Positions 27,677-41,540 of a stretch of 64,000 nt of DNA are shown one piece after another. Source of the DNA: the human T2T-CHM13v2.0 reference genome, Homo sapiens; NCBI RefSeq assembly GCF_009914755.1, contig NC_060933.1. The stretch is one strand, 5' to 3'. The position numbers and the translations under genes were made by a program. The notes beneath the pieces are model-generated. The model did no database searches, was not told the origin of the DNA, and saw only the letters and a list, made by a program, of their open reading frames with translations. Within the stretch, counting starts at the first letter, position 1. Each line of letters opens with the position of its first letter.

Positions 27677-30600
27677 GGATTCAACTTGAATGGAATGGAA
27701 AGAATGGAATCAACACGAGTGGAATGACATTGATTGGAATGGAATGGAATGGAATCAACCCGAGTACAGGGGAATAGAATGGAATGGAATGCAATGGAAT
27801 GGAATCATCCGTAATGGAATGGAAAGGAATGGAATGGAATGGAATGGAATGGAATGGAATGGAATGGAATCAACTCGATTGCAATCGAATGGAATGGAAT
27901 GGAATTAACCCGAATAGAATGGAATGGAATGGAATGGAACGGAACGGAAGGGAATGGAATGGAATGGAATGGAATGGAACGGAATGGAATGGAATGGAAT
28001 GGAATGGAATGGAATGGAATGGAATCAACGCGAGTGCAGGGGAATGGAATGGAATGGAATGCAATGGAATGGAATCTTCCGGAATGTAATGGAATGGAAT
28101 GGAATGGAATGAAATGCAATGGATTCAACTCGATTGCAATGGAATGGAATAGAATGGAATGGAATGGAATGGAATGGAATTAATCCGAACAGAATGGAAT
28201 GGAATGGAATGGAACGGAATGGAAAGGAATGGAATGGAATGGAATGGAATGGAATGGAATGGAATGGTATGGAATAGAATGGAATGGTACGGAACAGAAA
28301 GGAATGGAACGAATTGTAATGGAATGGAATTTAATGGAATGGAATGGAATGGAATGGAATCAACGCGAGTGCAGGGGAATGTAATGGAACGGAATGCAAT
28401 GGAATGGAATCATCCGGAATGGAATGGAATGGAATGGAATGGAATGGAATGGAATGGAATCATCCCGAGTGCAATGGAATGGAGTGGAATGGAAGGGAAT
28501 GGAATGGAACAACCCGAATGGAATTGAATGTAATGGAGAGTAAGGGAGTTGAATAGAATCTATCCGAATGTAATGGAATGGAATTCAACGGAATGGAATG
28601 GAATGGAATGGAATGGAATGGAATGCAATGGAATGGAATGGAATGATACGGAATAGAATGGAATGGAACGAAATGGAATAGAATGGAATGGAATGGAATG
28701 GAATGGAATGGAATGGAATCGTTCCGAGTGGAATAGGAGGGAATGTATTCGAGTGGAATGGAAAGGAATGGAATCAACCAGAGTGGAATGGAAGGGAATG
28801 GAATGGAATGGAAACTAATAGAATGGAATCAACCCGAGTGGAATGGGATGGAAAGGACTGGAATGGAATGGAATGGAATGGAATCAACTTGATTGTAATG
28901 GAATGGAATGGAATGGAATGGAATGGAATGGAATTAACCCGAATACAATGCAATGGAATGGAATGGAACGGAATGGAGTGGAATGGAACGGAATCAACCC
29001 GAGTGCAGGGGAATGGAATGGAATGGAATGCAATGGAAAGGAATCATCCGGAATGGAATGGAATGGAATGGAATGCAAAGCAATGGAATCAACTCGATTG
29101 CAATGGAATGGAATGGAATGGAAAGGAATACATTGGAATCAACCCGAGTGGAAAGGAATGGAAAGGACTGGAATGGAGTTGAATGGAATGGAATGGAATG
29201 GAATGGAATGGAAAGGAATCAACTTGATTGGAATGGAATGGAATGGAATGGAATGGAATTAACCCGAATAGAAAGGAATGGAATGGAATGGAACGGAACG
29301 GAATGGAATGGAATGGAATGGAATGGAATGGAATGGAATGGAATCAACCCGACTGCAGGGGAATGGAATGGAATGGAATGCAATGGAATGGATTCAACTT
29401 GAATGGAATGGAAAGAATGGAATCAACACGAGTGGAATGGCATGGATTGGAATGGAATGGAATGGAATCAACCCGAGTACAGTGGAATGGAATGGAATGG
29501 AATGCAATGGAATGGAATCATCCGTAATGGAATGGAAAGGAATAGAATGGAATGGAATGGAATGGAATGGAATCAACTCGATTGAAATCGAATGGAATGG
29601 AATGGAATTAACCCGAATAGAATGGAATGGAATGGAATGGAACGGAACGGAACGGAACGGAACGGAATGGAATGGAATGGAATGGAATCAACGCGAGTGC
29701 AGGGGAATGGAATGGAATGGAATGCAATGGAATGGATTCAACTTGAATGGAATGGAAAGAATGGAATCAACACGAGTGGAATGACATTGATTGGAATGGA
29801 ATGGAATGGAATCAACCCGAGTACAGGGGAATAGAATGGAATGGAATGCAATGGAATGGAATCATCCGTAATGGAATGGAATGGAATGGAATGGAATGGA
29901 ATGGAATGGAATGGAATGGAATGGAATCAACTCGATTGCAATCGAATGGAATGGAATGGAATTAACCCGAATAGAATGGAATGGAATGGAATGGAACGGA
30001 ACGGAAGGGAATGGAATGGAATGGAATGGAATGGAACGGAATGGAATGGAATGGAATGGAATGGAATGCAATGGAATCAACGCGAGTGCAGGGGAATGGA
30101 ATGGAATGGAATGCAATGGAATGGAATCTTCCGGAATGTAATGGAATGGAATGGAATGGAATGAAATGCAATGGATTCAACTCGATTGCAATGGAATGGA
30201 ATAGAATGGAGTGGAATGGAATGGAATGGAATTAATCCGAACAGAATGGAATGGAATGGAATGGAACGGAATGGAAAGGAATGGAATGGAATGGAATGGA
30301 ATGGAATGGAATGGAATGGAATGGTATGGAATAGAATGGAATGGTACGGAACAGAAAGGAATGGAACGAATTGTAATGCAATGGAATTTAATGGAATGGA
30401 ATGGAATGGAATGGAATCAACGCGAGTGCAGGGGAATGTAATGGAACGGAATGCAATGGAATGGAATCATCCGGAATGGAATGGAATGGAATGGAATGGA
30501 ATGGAATGGAATCATCCCGAGTGCAATGGAATGGAGTGGAATGGAAGGGAATGGAATGGAACAACCCGAATGGAATGGAATGTAATGGAGAGTAAGGGAG

Positions 30601-31836
30601 TTGAATAGAATCAATCCGAATGTAATGGAATGGAATTCAACGGAATGGAATGGAATGGAATGGAATGGAATGGAATGCAATGGAATGGAATGGAATGATA
30701 CGGAATAGAATGGAATGGAACGAAATGGAATAGAATGGAATGGAATGGAATGGAATGGAATGGAATCGTTCCGAGTGGAATAGGAGGGAATGTATTCGAG
30801 TGGAATGGAAAGGAATGGAATCAACCAGAGTGGAATGGAAGGGAATGGAATGGAATGGAAACTAATAGAATGGAATCAACCCGAGTGGAATGGGATGGAA
30901 AGGACTGGAATGGAATGGAATGGAATGGAATCAACACGATTGTAATGGAATGGAATGGAATGGAATGGAATGGAATGGAATTAACCCGAATACAATGCAA
31001 TGGAATGGAATGGAACGGAATGGAGTGGAATGGAACGGAATCAACCTGAGTGCAGGGGAATGGAATGGAATGGAATGCAATGGAAAGGAATCATCCGGAA
31101 TGGAATGGAATGGAATGGAATGCAAAGCAATGGAATCAACTCGATTGCAATGGAATGGAATGGAATGGAAAGGAATACATTGGAATCAACCCGAGTGGAA
31201 AGGAATGGAAAGGACTGGAATGGAGTGGAATGGAATGGAATGGAATGGAATGGAATGGAATGGAATGGAAAGGAATCAACTTGATTGGAATGGAATGGAA
31301 TGGAATGGACTGGAATTAACCCGAATAGAAAGGAATGGAATGGAATGGAACGGAACGGAATGGAATGGAATGGAATGGAATGGAATGGAATGGAATGGAA
31401 TCAACCCGACTGCAGGGGAATGGAATGGAATGGAATGGAATGGAATGGATTCAACTTGAATGGAATGGAAAGAATGGAATCAACACGAGTGGAATGGCAT
31501 GGATTGGAATGGAATGGAATGGAATCAACCCGAGTACAGTGGAATGGAATGGAATGGAATGCAATGGAATGGAATCATCCGTAATGGAATGGAAAGGAAT
31601 GGAATGGAATGGAATGGAATGGAATGGAATCAACTCGATTGAAATCGAATGGAATGGAATGGAATTAACCCGAATAAAATGGAATGGAATGGAATGGAAC
31701 GGAACGGAACGGAACGGAACGGAACGGAATGGAATGGAATGGAATGGAATGGAACGGAGAGGAATGGAATGGAATGGAATGGAATGGAATCAACGCGAGT
31801 GCAGGGGAATGGAATGGAATGGAATGCAATGGAATG
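27677..31836 (+). repeat. Tandem duplication of a ~2.06 kb segment (27677-29733 / 29734-~31836)
   Basis: Variants shared at offset ~2050-2057: GGAATGACATTGATT (27721/29778), TAATCCGAACAG, CATCCCGAGT (28461/30513), GAATTCAACG, GGGATGGAAAGG, GAGTACAGTGG, ATTGAAATCG (29581/31638). Confidence 0.85.
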
Positions 31837-34800
31837 GAATCTTCCGGAATGGAATGGAATGGAATGGAATGGAATGGAATGGAATGGAATAAACCCGAGT
31901 GCAATGGAATGGAGTGGAATGGAATGGAATGGAATGGAACAACCCGAATGGAATGGAATGTAATGGAGACTAAGGGAGTTGAATAGAATCAATCCGAATG
32001 TAATGGAATGGAATGGAACGGAAAGGAATGGAATGGAATGGAATGGAATGGAATGCAATGGAATGGAATCAACCCGAGTGCAATGGAATGGAGAGGAATG
32101 GAATGGAATGCAATGGAAACTACCCGAATGGAATGGAATGTAATGGAGTGTAAGGGAATTGAATAGAATCAATCCGAATGTAATGGAATGGAATGGAACG
32201 GAATGGAATGGAATGGAATGGAATGGAATGGAATGGAATGCAATGGAATGGAATCAACCGGAGTGCAATCAAATGGAATCGAATGGAATGGAATGCAATG
32301 GAATGGATTCAACTTGAATGGAATGGAAAGAATGGAATCAACACGAGTGGAAGGTCATGGATTGGAATGGAATGGAATGGAATCAACCCTAGTACAGGGG
32401 AATGGAATGGAATGGAATGCAATGGAATGGAATCATCCGTAATGGAATGGAAAGGAATGGAATGGAATGGAATGGAATGGAATGAAATGGAATCAACACG
32501 ATTGCAATCGAATGGAATGGAATGGAATTAACCCGAATAGAATGGAATGGAATGGAATGGAACAGAACGGAATGGAATGGAATGGAATGGAACGGAACGG
32601 AACGGAACGGAGTGGAATGGAATGGAATGGAATGGAATGGAATCAACGCGAGTGCAGGGGAATGGAATGGAATGGAATGCAATGGAATGGAATCTTCCGG
32701 AATGGAATGGAATGGAATGGAATGGAATGGACTGAAATGCAATGGATTCAACTCGATTGCAATGGAATGGAATACAATGGAATGGAATGGAATGGAAAGG
32801 AATTAACCCGAATAGAATGGAATGGAATGGAATGGAACGGAAGAGAACGGAATGGAATGGAATGGAATGGAATGGAATGGAATGCAATGGTATGCAATGG
32901 AATGGAATGGTACGGAATAGAATGGAATGGAAAGAATTGTAATGGAATGGAATTGAATGGAATGGAATGGAATGGAATGGAATGGAATGGAATCAACGCG
33001 AGTGCAGGGGAATGTAATGGAACGGAATGCAATGGATTGGAATCATCCGGAATGGAATGGAATGGAATGGAATGGAATGGAATCAACCCGAGTGCAATGG
33101 AATGGAGTGGAATGGAATGGAATCGAATGGAACAATCCGAATGGAATGGAATGGAATGGAGAGTAAGGGAGTTGAATAGAATCAATCCGAATGTAATGGA
33201 ATGGAATGCAACGGAATGGAATGGAATGGAATGGAATGGATTGGAATGCAATGGAATGGAATCAACCCGAGTACAATGGAATGGAATGGAATGGAATGGA
33301 ATGGAATGGAATGGAATGGAATGGAATGGAATGGAATGGAATGATACGGAATAGAATGGAATGTAACGAAATGGAATGGAATAGAATGGAATGGATTGTA
33401 ATGGAATGGAATGGAATCGTTCCGAGTGGAATAGGAGGGAATATATTCGAGTGGAATGGAAAGGAATGGAATCAACCAGAGTGGAATGGAAGGGAATGGA
33501 ATGGAATGGAAACTAATAGTATGGAATCAACCAAAGTGGAATGGAATGGAAACGACTGGAATGGAATGGAATGGAATGGAATCAACTCGATTGTAATGGA
33601 ATGGAATGGAATGGAATGGAAAGGAATGGAATGGAATGGAATTAACCCGAATACAATGGAATGGAATGGAATGGAACGGAATGGAGTGGAATGGAATGGA
33701 ATAAACCCGAGTGCAGGAGATTAGAATGGAATGGAATGCAATGGAATGGAATCGTCCGGAATTGAATGGAATGGAATGGAATGCAAAGCAATGGAATCAA
33801 CAAGATTGCAATGGAATGGAATGGAATGGAAAGGAATACATTGGAATCAACCCGACTGGAATGGAAGGGAAAGGACTGGAATGGACTGGAATGGAATGGA
33901 ATGGAATTGAATGGAATCAACTCGATTGGAATGGAATGGAATGGAATGGAATGGAATGGAATGGAATGGAATGGAATTAACCCGAATAGAATGGAATGGA
34001 ATGGAATGGAACGGAACGGAATGGAATGGAATGGAATGGAATGGAATGGAATGGAATGGAATCAACCCGACTGCAGGGGAATGGAATGCAATGGAATGCA
34101 ATGGAATGGATTCAACTTGAATGGAATGGAAAGAATGGAATCAACACGAGTGGAATGGCATGGATTGGAATGGAATGGAATGGAATCAACCCGAGTACAG
34201 GGGAATGGAATGGAACGGAATGCAATGGAAGGGAATCATCCGTAATGGAATGGAAAGGAATGGAATGGAATGGAATGGAATGGCATGGAATCAACTCGAT
34301 TGCAATCGAATGGAATGGAATGGAATTAACCTGCATAGAATGGAATGGAATGGAATGGAACGGAACGGAACGGAACGGAATGGAACGGAAAGGAATGGAA
34401 TGGAATGGAACGGAACGGAACGGAACGGAACGGAACGGAATGGAATGGAATGGAATGGAATGGAATGGAATGGAATGGAATGGAATCAAAGCGAGTGCAG
34501 GGTAATGGAATGGAATGGAATGCAATGGAATGGAATCTTCCGGAATGGAATGGAATGGAATGGAATGGAATGAAATGCAATGGATTCAACTCGATTGCAA
34601 TGGAATGGAATAGAATGGAATGGAATGGAATGGAATGGAATGGAATTAACCCGAATAGAATGGAATGGAATGGAATCGAACGGAATGGAACCGAATGGAA
34701 TGGAATGGAATGGTATGGAATGGAATGGAATGGTACGGAATAGAATGGAAAAGAACGAATTGTAATGGAATGGAATTGAATGGAATGGAATGGAATGGAA

Positions 34801-36829
34801 TGGAATCAACGCAAGTGCAGGGGAATGTAATGGAACGGAATGCAATGGAATGGAATCATCCGGAATGGAATGGAATGGAATGGAATGGAATCAACCCGAG
34901 TGCAATGGAATGGATTGGAATGGAATGGAATGGAATGGAACAACCCGAATGGAATGGAATGTAATGGAGAGTAAGGGAGTTGAATAGAATCAATCCGAAT
35001 GTAATGGAATGGAATGCAACGGAATGGAATGGAATGGAATGGAATGGAATGGAATGGAATGGAATGGAATGCAATGGAATGGAATCAACCCGAGTACAAT
35101 GGAATGGAATGGAATGGAATGGAAAGGACTGGAATGGAATGGAATTTAATGGAATGGAATGGAATGGAATCAACTCGATTGTAATGGAATGGAATGGAAT
35201 GGAATGGAATGGAATGGAATGGAACGGAATGGAATTAACCCGAATACAATGGAATGGAATGGAATGGAACGGAATGGAGTGGAATGGAATGGAATCAACC
35301 CGAGTGCAGGGGAATGGAATGGAATGGAATGCAATGGAATGGAATCATCCGGAATGGAATGGAATGGAATGGAAAGCAAAGCAATGGAATCAACTCGATT
35401 GCAATGGAATGGAATGGAATGGAAAGGAATACATTGGAACCAACCCGAGTGGAATGGAATGGAAAGGACTGGAATGGAATGGAATGGAATGGAATGGAAT
35501 GGAATGGAATGGAATCAACTCGATTGGAATGGAATGGAATGGAATGGAATGGAATGGAATGGTATTAACCCGAATAGAATGGAATGGAATGGAACGGAAC
35601 AGAACAGAATGGAATGGAATGGAATGGAATGGAATGGAATGGAATGGAATGGAATCAACCCGAGTAGAGGGGAATGGAATGGAATGGAATGCAATGGAAT
35701 GGAATCATCCGTAATGGAATGGAAACGAATGGAATGGAATGGAATTAACCCGAATAGAATGGAATGGAATGGAATGGAACAGAATGGAATGGAAAGGAAT
35801 GGAATGGAATGGAATGGAATGGAATGGTATGGAATGGAATGGAATGGAATCAACCCGACTGCAATGGAATGGAGTGGAATGGAATGGAATGGAATGGAAC
35901 AACCCGAATGGAATGGAATGTAATGGAGAGTAAGGGAGTTGAATAGAATCAATCCGAATGTAATGGAATGGAATGCAACGGAATGGAATGGAATGGAATG
36001 GAATGGAATGGAATGCAATGGAATGGAATCAACCCGAGTACAATGGAATGGAATGGAATGGAATGGAATTGAATGGAGTGGAATGGAATGGAATGAAATG
36101 GAATGATACGGAATAGAATGGAATGGAACGAAACGGAATGGAATGGAATGGAATGGAATGGAATGGAATGGAATGGAATGGAATGGAATCGTTCCGAGTT
36201 GAATAGGAGGGAATGTATTCGAGTGGAATGGAAAGGAATGGAATCAACCAGAGTGGAATGGAAGGGAATGGAATGGAATGGAAATTAATAGAATGGAATC
36301 AACACGAGTGGAATGGAATGGAAAGGACTGGAATGGAATGGAATGGAATGGAATCAACTCGATTGTAATGTAATGGAATGGAATGGAATGGAATGGAATG
36401 GAATGGAATGGAATGGAGTGGAATGGAATGGAATCAACCCGAGTGCAGGGGAATGGAATGGAATGGAATGCAATGGAATGGAATCATCCGGAATGGAATG
36501 GAATGGAATGGAATGCAAAGCAATGGAATCAACTCGATTGCAATGGAATGGAATGGAATGGAAAGGAATACATTGGAATCAACCCGACTGGAATGGAATG
36601 GAAAGGACTGGAATGGAGTGGAATGGAATGGAATGGAATGGAATGGAATCAACTCGATTGGAATGGAATGGAATGCAATGGAATGGAATTAACCCGAATA
36701 GAATGGAATGGAATGGAATGGAACGGAACGGAATGGAATGGAATGGAATGGAATGGAATGGAATGGAATGGAATGGAATCAACCCGACTGCAGGGGAATG
36801 GAATGGAATGGAATGCAATGGAATGGATT

Positions 36830-39800
36830 CAACTTGAATGGAATGGAAAGAATGGAATCAACACGAGTGGAATGGCATGCATTGGAATGGAATGGAATGG
36901 AATCAACCCGAGTACAGGGGAATGGAATGGAATGGAATGCAATGGAATGGAATCATCCGTAATGGAATGGAAAGGAATGGAATGGAATGGAATGGAATGG
37001 AATGGAATGGAATGGAATCAACTCGATTGCAATCGAATGGAATGCAATGGAATTAACCCGAATAGAATGGAATGGAATGGAATGGAACGGAACGGAACGG
37101 AATGGAATGGATTGGAATGGAATGGAATGGAATGGAACGGAAAGGAATGGAATGGAATGGAATGGAATGGAATGGAATGGAATGGAATCAACGCGAGTGC
37201 AGGGGAATGGAATGGAATGGAATGCAATGGAATGGAATCTTCCGGAATGGAATGGAATGGAATGGAATGGAATGGAATGGAATGGAATGGAATAAACCCG
37301 AGTGCAATGGAATGGAGTGGAATGGAATGGAATGGAATGGAACAACCCGAATAGAATGGAATGTAATGGAGAGTAAGGGAGTTGAATAGAATCAATCCGA
37401 ATGTAATGGAATGGAATGGAAAGGAATGGAATTGAATGGAATGGAATGGAATGGAATCAACCCGAGTGCAATGGAATGGAGAGGAATGGAATGGAATGGA
37501 ATGGAAACTACCCGAATAGAATGGAATGTAATGGAGTGTAAGGGAATTGAATAGAATCAATCCGAATGGAATGGAATGGAATGGAACGGAATGGAATGGA
37601 ATGGAATGGAATGGAATGGAATGGAATGCAATGGATTGGAATCAACCCGAGTGCAATCGAATGGAATCGAATGGAATGGAATGCAATGGAATGGATTCAA
37701 CTTGAATGGAATGGAAAGAATGGAATCAACACGAGTTGAATGGCATGGATTGGAATGGAATGGAATGGAATCAACCCGAGTACAGGGGAATGGAATGGAA
37801 TGGAATGCAATGGAATGGAATCATCCGTAATGGAATGGAAAGGAATGGAATGGAATGGAATGGAATGGAATGGAATGGAATGGAATCAACTCGATTGCAA
37901 TCGAATGGAATGGAATGGAATTAAACCGAATAGAATGGAAAGAATGGAATGGAACGGAACGGAATGGAATGGAATGGAATGTAATGGAATGGAATGGAAC
38001 AGAACGGAACGGAACGGAACGGAATGGAATGGAATGGAATGGAATGGAATGGAATGGAATGGAATCAACGCGAGTGCAGGGGAATAGAATGGAATGGAAT
38101 GCAATGGAATGGAATCTTCAGGAATGGAATGGAATGGAATGGAATGGAATGAAATGCAATGGATTCAACTCGATTGCAATGGATTGGAATAGAATGGAAT
38201 GGAATGGAATGGAATTAACCCGAATAGAATGGAATGGAATGGAATGGAACGGTATGGAACCGAATGCAATGGAATGGAATGGTATGGAATGGAATGGAAT
38301 GGTACGGAATAGAATGGAATGGAACGAATTGTAATGGAATGGAATTGAATGGAATGGAATGGAATGGAATGGAATGGAATCAACGCAAGTGCAGGGGAAT
38401 GTAATGGAACGGAATGCAATGGAATGGAATCATCCGGAATGGAATGGAATGGAATGGAATGGAATGGAATGGAATCAACCCGAGCGCAATGGAAGGGAGT
38501 GGAATGGAATGGAATGGAATGGAACAACCCGAATGGAACGGAATGTAATGGAGAGTAAGGGAGTTGAATAGAATCAATCCGAAGGTAATGGAAAGGAATG
38601 CAACGGAATGGAATGGAATGGAATGGAATGGAATGGAATGGAATGCAATGGAATGGAATCAACCCAAGTACAATGGAATGCAATGGAAAGGAATGGAATG
38701 GAATGGAATGGAATGGAATGGAATGCCTTCAAAACGAATGGAATGGAAAGGAATGGAATTAACACGAGTGGAATGGAATGGAATGGAATGGAATGGAATG
38801 GAATGGAATGGAATGGAATGGAATTATACGGAATAGAATGGAATGGAACGAAATGGAATGGAATGGAATGGAATGGAATGGAATGGAATGGAATGGAATG
38901 GAATTGTTCCTTGTGGAATAGGAGGGAATGTATTCGAGTGGAATGGAAAGGAATGGAATCAACGAGAGTGGAATGGAAGGGAATGGAATGGAATGGAAAC
39001 TAATAGAATGGAATCAACCCGAGTGGAATGGAATGGAAAGGACTGGTATGGAATGGAATGGAATGGAATGGAATGGAATGGAATCAACTCGATTTTAATG
39101 GAATGGAATGGAATGGAATGGAATTAACCCGAATACAATGGAATGGAATGGAATGGAACGGAATGGAGTGGAATGGAATGGAATCAACCCGATTGCAGGG
39201 GAATGGAATGGAATGGAATGCAATGGAATGGAATCATCCGGAATGGAATGGAATGGAATGGAATGCAAAGCAATGGAATCAACTCGATTGCAATGGAATG
39301 GAATGGAATGGAAAGGAATACATTGGAATCAACCCGAGTGGAATGGAATGGAAAGGACTGGAATGGAGTGGAATGGAATGGAATGGAATGGAATGGAATC
39401 AACTCGATTGGAATGGAATGGAATGGAATGGAATTAACCCGAATACAATGGAATGGAATGGAATGGAACGGAACGGAACGGAACGGAATGGAATGGAATG
39501 GAATGGAATGGAATGGAATGGAATCAACCCGACTGCAGGGGAATGGAATGGAATGGAATGCAATGGAATGCATTCAACTTGAATGCAATGGAAAGAATGG
39601 AATCAACACGAGTGGAATGGCATGGATTGGAATGGAATGGAATGGAATGAACCCGAGTACAGGGGAATAGAATGGAATGGAATGCAATGGAATGGAATCA
39701 TCCGCAATGGAATGGAAAGGAATGGAATGGAATGGAATGGAATGGAATGGAATGGAATCAACTCGATTGCAATCGAATGGAATGGAATGGAATTAACCCG

Positions 39801-41540
39801 AATAGAATGGAATGGAATGGAATGGAACGGAACGGAACGGAATGGAATGGAATGGAATGGAATGGAATGGAACAGAAAGGAATGGAATGGAATGGAATGG
39901 AATGGAATGGAATGGAATGGAATCAACGCGAGTGCAGGGGAATGGAATGGAATGGAATGCAATGGAATGGAATCTTCCGGAATGGAATGGAATGGAATGG
40001 AATCAACCCGAGTGCAATGGAATGGAGTGGAATGGAATGGAATGGAGTGTAAGGCAATTGAATAGAATCAATCCGAATGTAATGGAATGGAATGGAACGG
40101 AACGGAATGGAATGGAATGGAATGGAATGGAATGCAATGGAATGGAATCAACCCGAGTGCAATCGAATGGAATCGAATGGAATGGAATGCAATGGAATGG
40201 ATTCAACTTGAATGGAATGGAAAGAATGGAATCAACACGAGTGGAAGGGCATGGATTGGAATGCAATGGAATGGAATCAACCCGAGTACAGGGGAATGGA
40301 ATGGAATGGAATGCAATGGATTGGATTCAACTTGAATGGAATGGAAAGAATGGAATCAACACGAGTGGAATGGCATGGATTGGAATGGAATTGAATGGAA
40401 TCAACCCGAGTACAGGGGAATGGAATGGAATGGAATGCAATGGAATGGAATCATCCGTAATGGAATGGAAAGGAATGGAATGGAATGGAATGGAATGGAA
40501 TGGAATGGAATCAACTCGATTGCAATCGAATGGAATGCAATGGAATTAACCCGAATAGAATGGAATGGAATGGAATGGAACGGAACGGAACGGAATGGAA
40601 TGGATTGGAATGGAATGGAATGGAATGGAACGGAAAGGAATGGAATGGAATGGAATGGAATGGAATGGAATGGAATGGAATCAACGCGAGTGCAGGGGAA
40701 TGGAATGGAATGGAATGCAATGGAATGGAATCTTCCGGAATGGAATGGAATGCAATGGAATGGAATGGAATGGAATGGAATAAACCCGAGTGCAATGGAA
40801 TGGAGTGGAATGGAATGGAATGGAATGGAACAACCCGAATGGAATGGAATGTAATGGAGAGTAAGGGAGTTGAATAGAATCAATCCGAATGTAATGGAAT
40901 GGAATGGAAAGGAATGGAATTGAATGGTATGGAATGGAATGGAATCAACCCGAGTGCAATGGAATGGAGAGGAATGGAATGGAATGGAATGGAAACTACC
41001 CGAATGGAATGGAATGTAATGGAGTGTAAGGGAATTGAATAGAATCAATCCGAATGTAATGGAATGGAATGGAACGGAATGGAATGGAATGGAATGGAAT
41101 GGAATGGAATGGAATGCAATGGATTGGAATCAACCCGAGTGCAATCGAATGGAATCGAATGGAATGGAATGCAATGGAATGGATTCAACTTGAATGGAAT
41201 GGAAAGAATGGAATCAACACGAGTTGAATGGCATGGATTGGAATGGAATGGAATGGAATCAACCCGAGTAGAGGGGAATGGAATGGAATGGAATGCAATG
41301 GAATGGAATCATCCGTAATGGAATGGAAAGGAATGGAATGGAATGGAATGGAATGGAATAGAATGGAATGGAATCAACTCGATTGCAATCGAATGGAATG
41401 GAATGGAATTAAACCGAATAGAATGGAATGGAATGGAATGGAACGGAACGGAATGGAATGGAATGGAATGTAATGGAATGGAATGGAACAGAACGGAACG
41501 GAACGGAACGGAATGGAATGGAATGGAATGGAATGGAACT
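36830..41540 (+). repeat. Duplicated ~1.2 kb segment at 3488-bp spacing (~36830-38060 / ~40320-41540)
   Basis: CACGAGTTGAATGGC (37730/41218), TTAAACCGAA (37921/41409) and GCAATGGATTGGAATCAAC (37628/41116) all occur at offset 3488. Confidence 0.75.
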
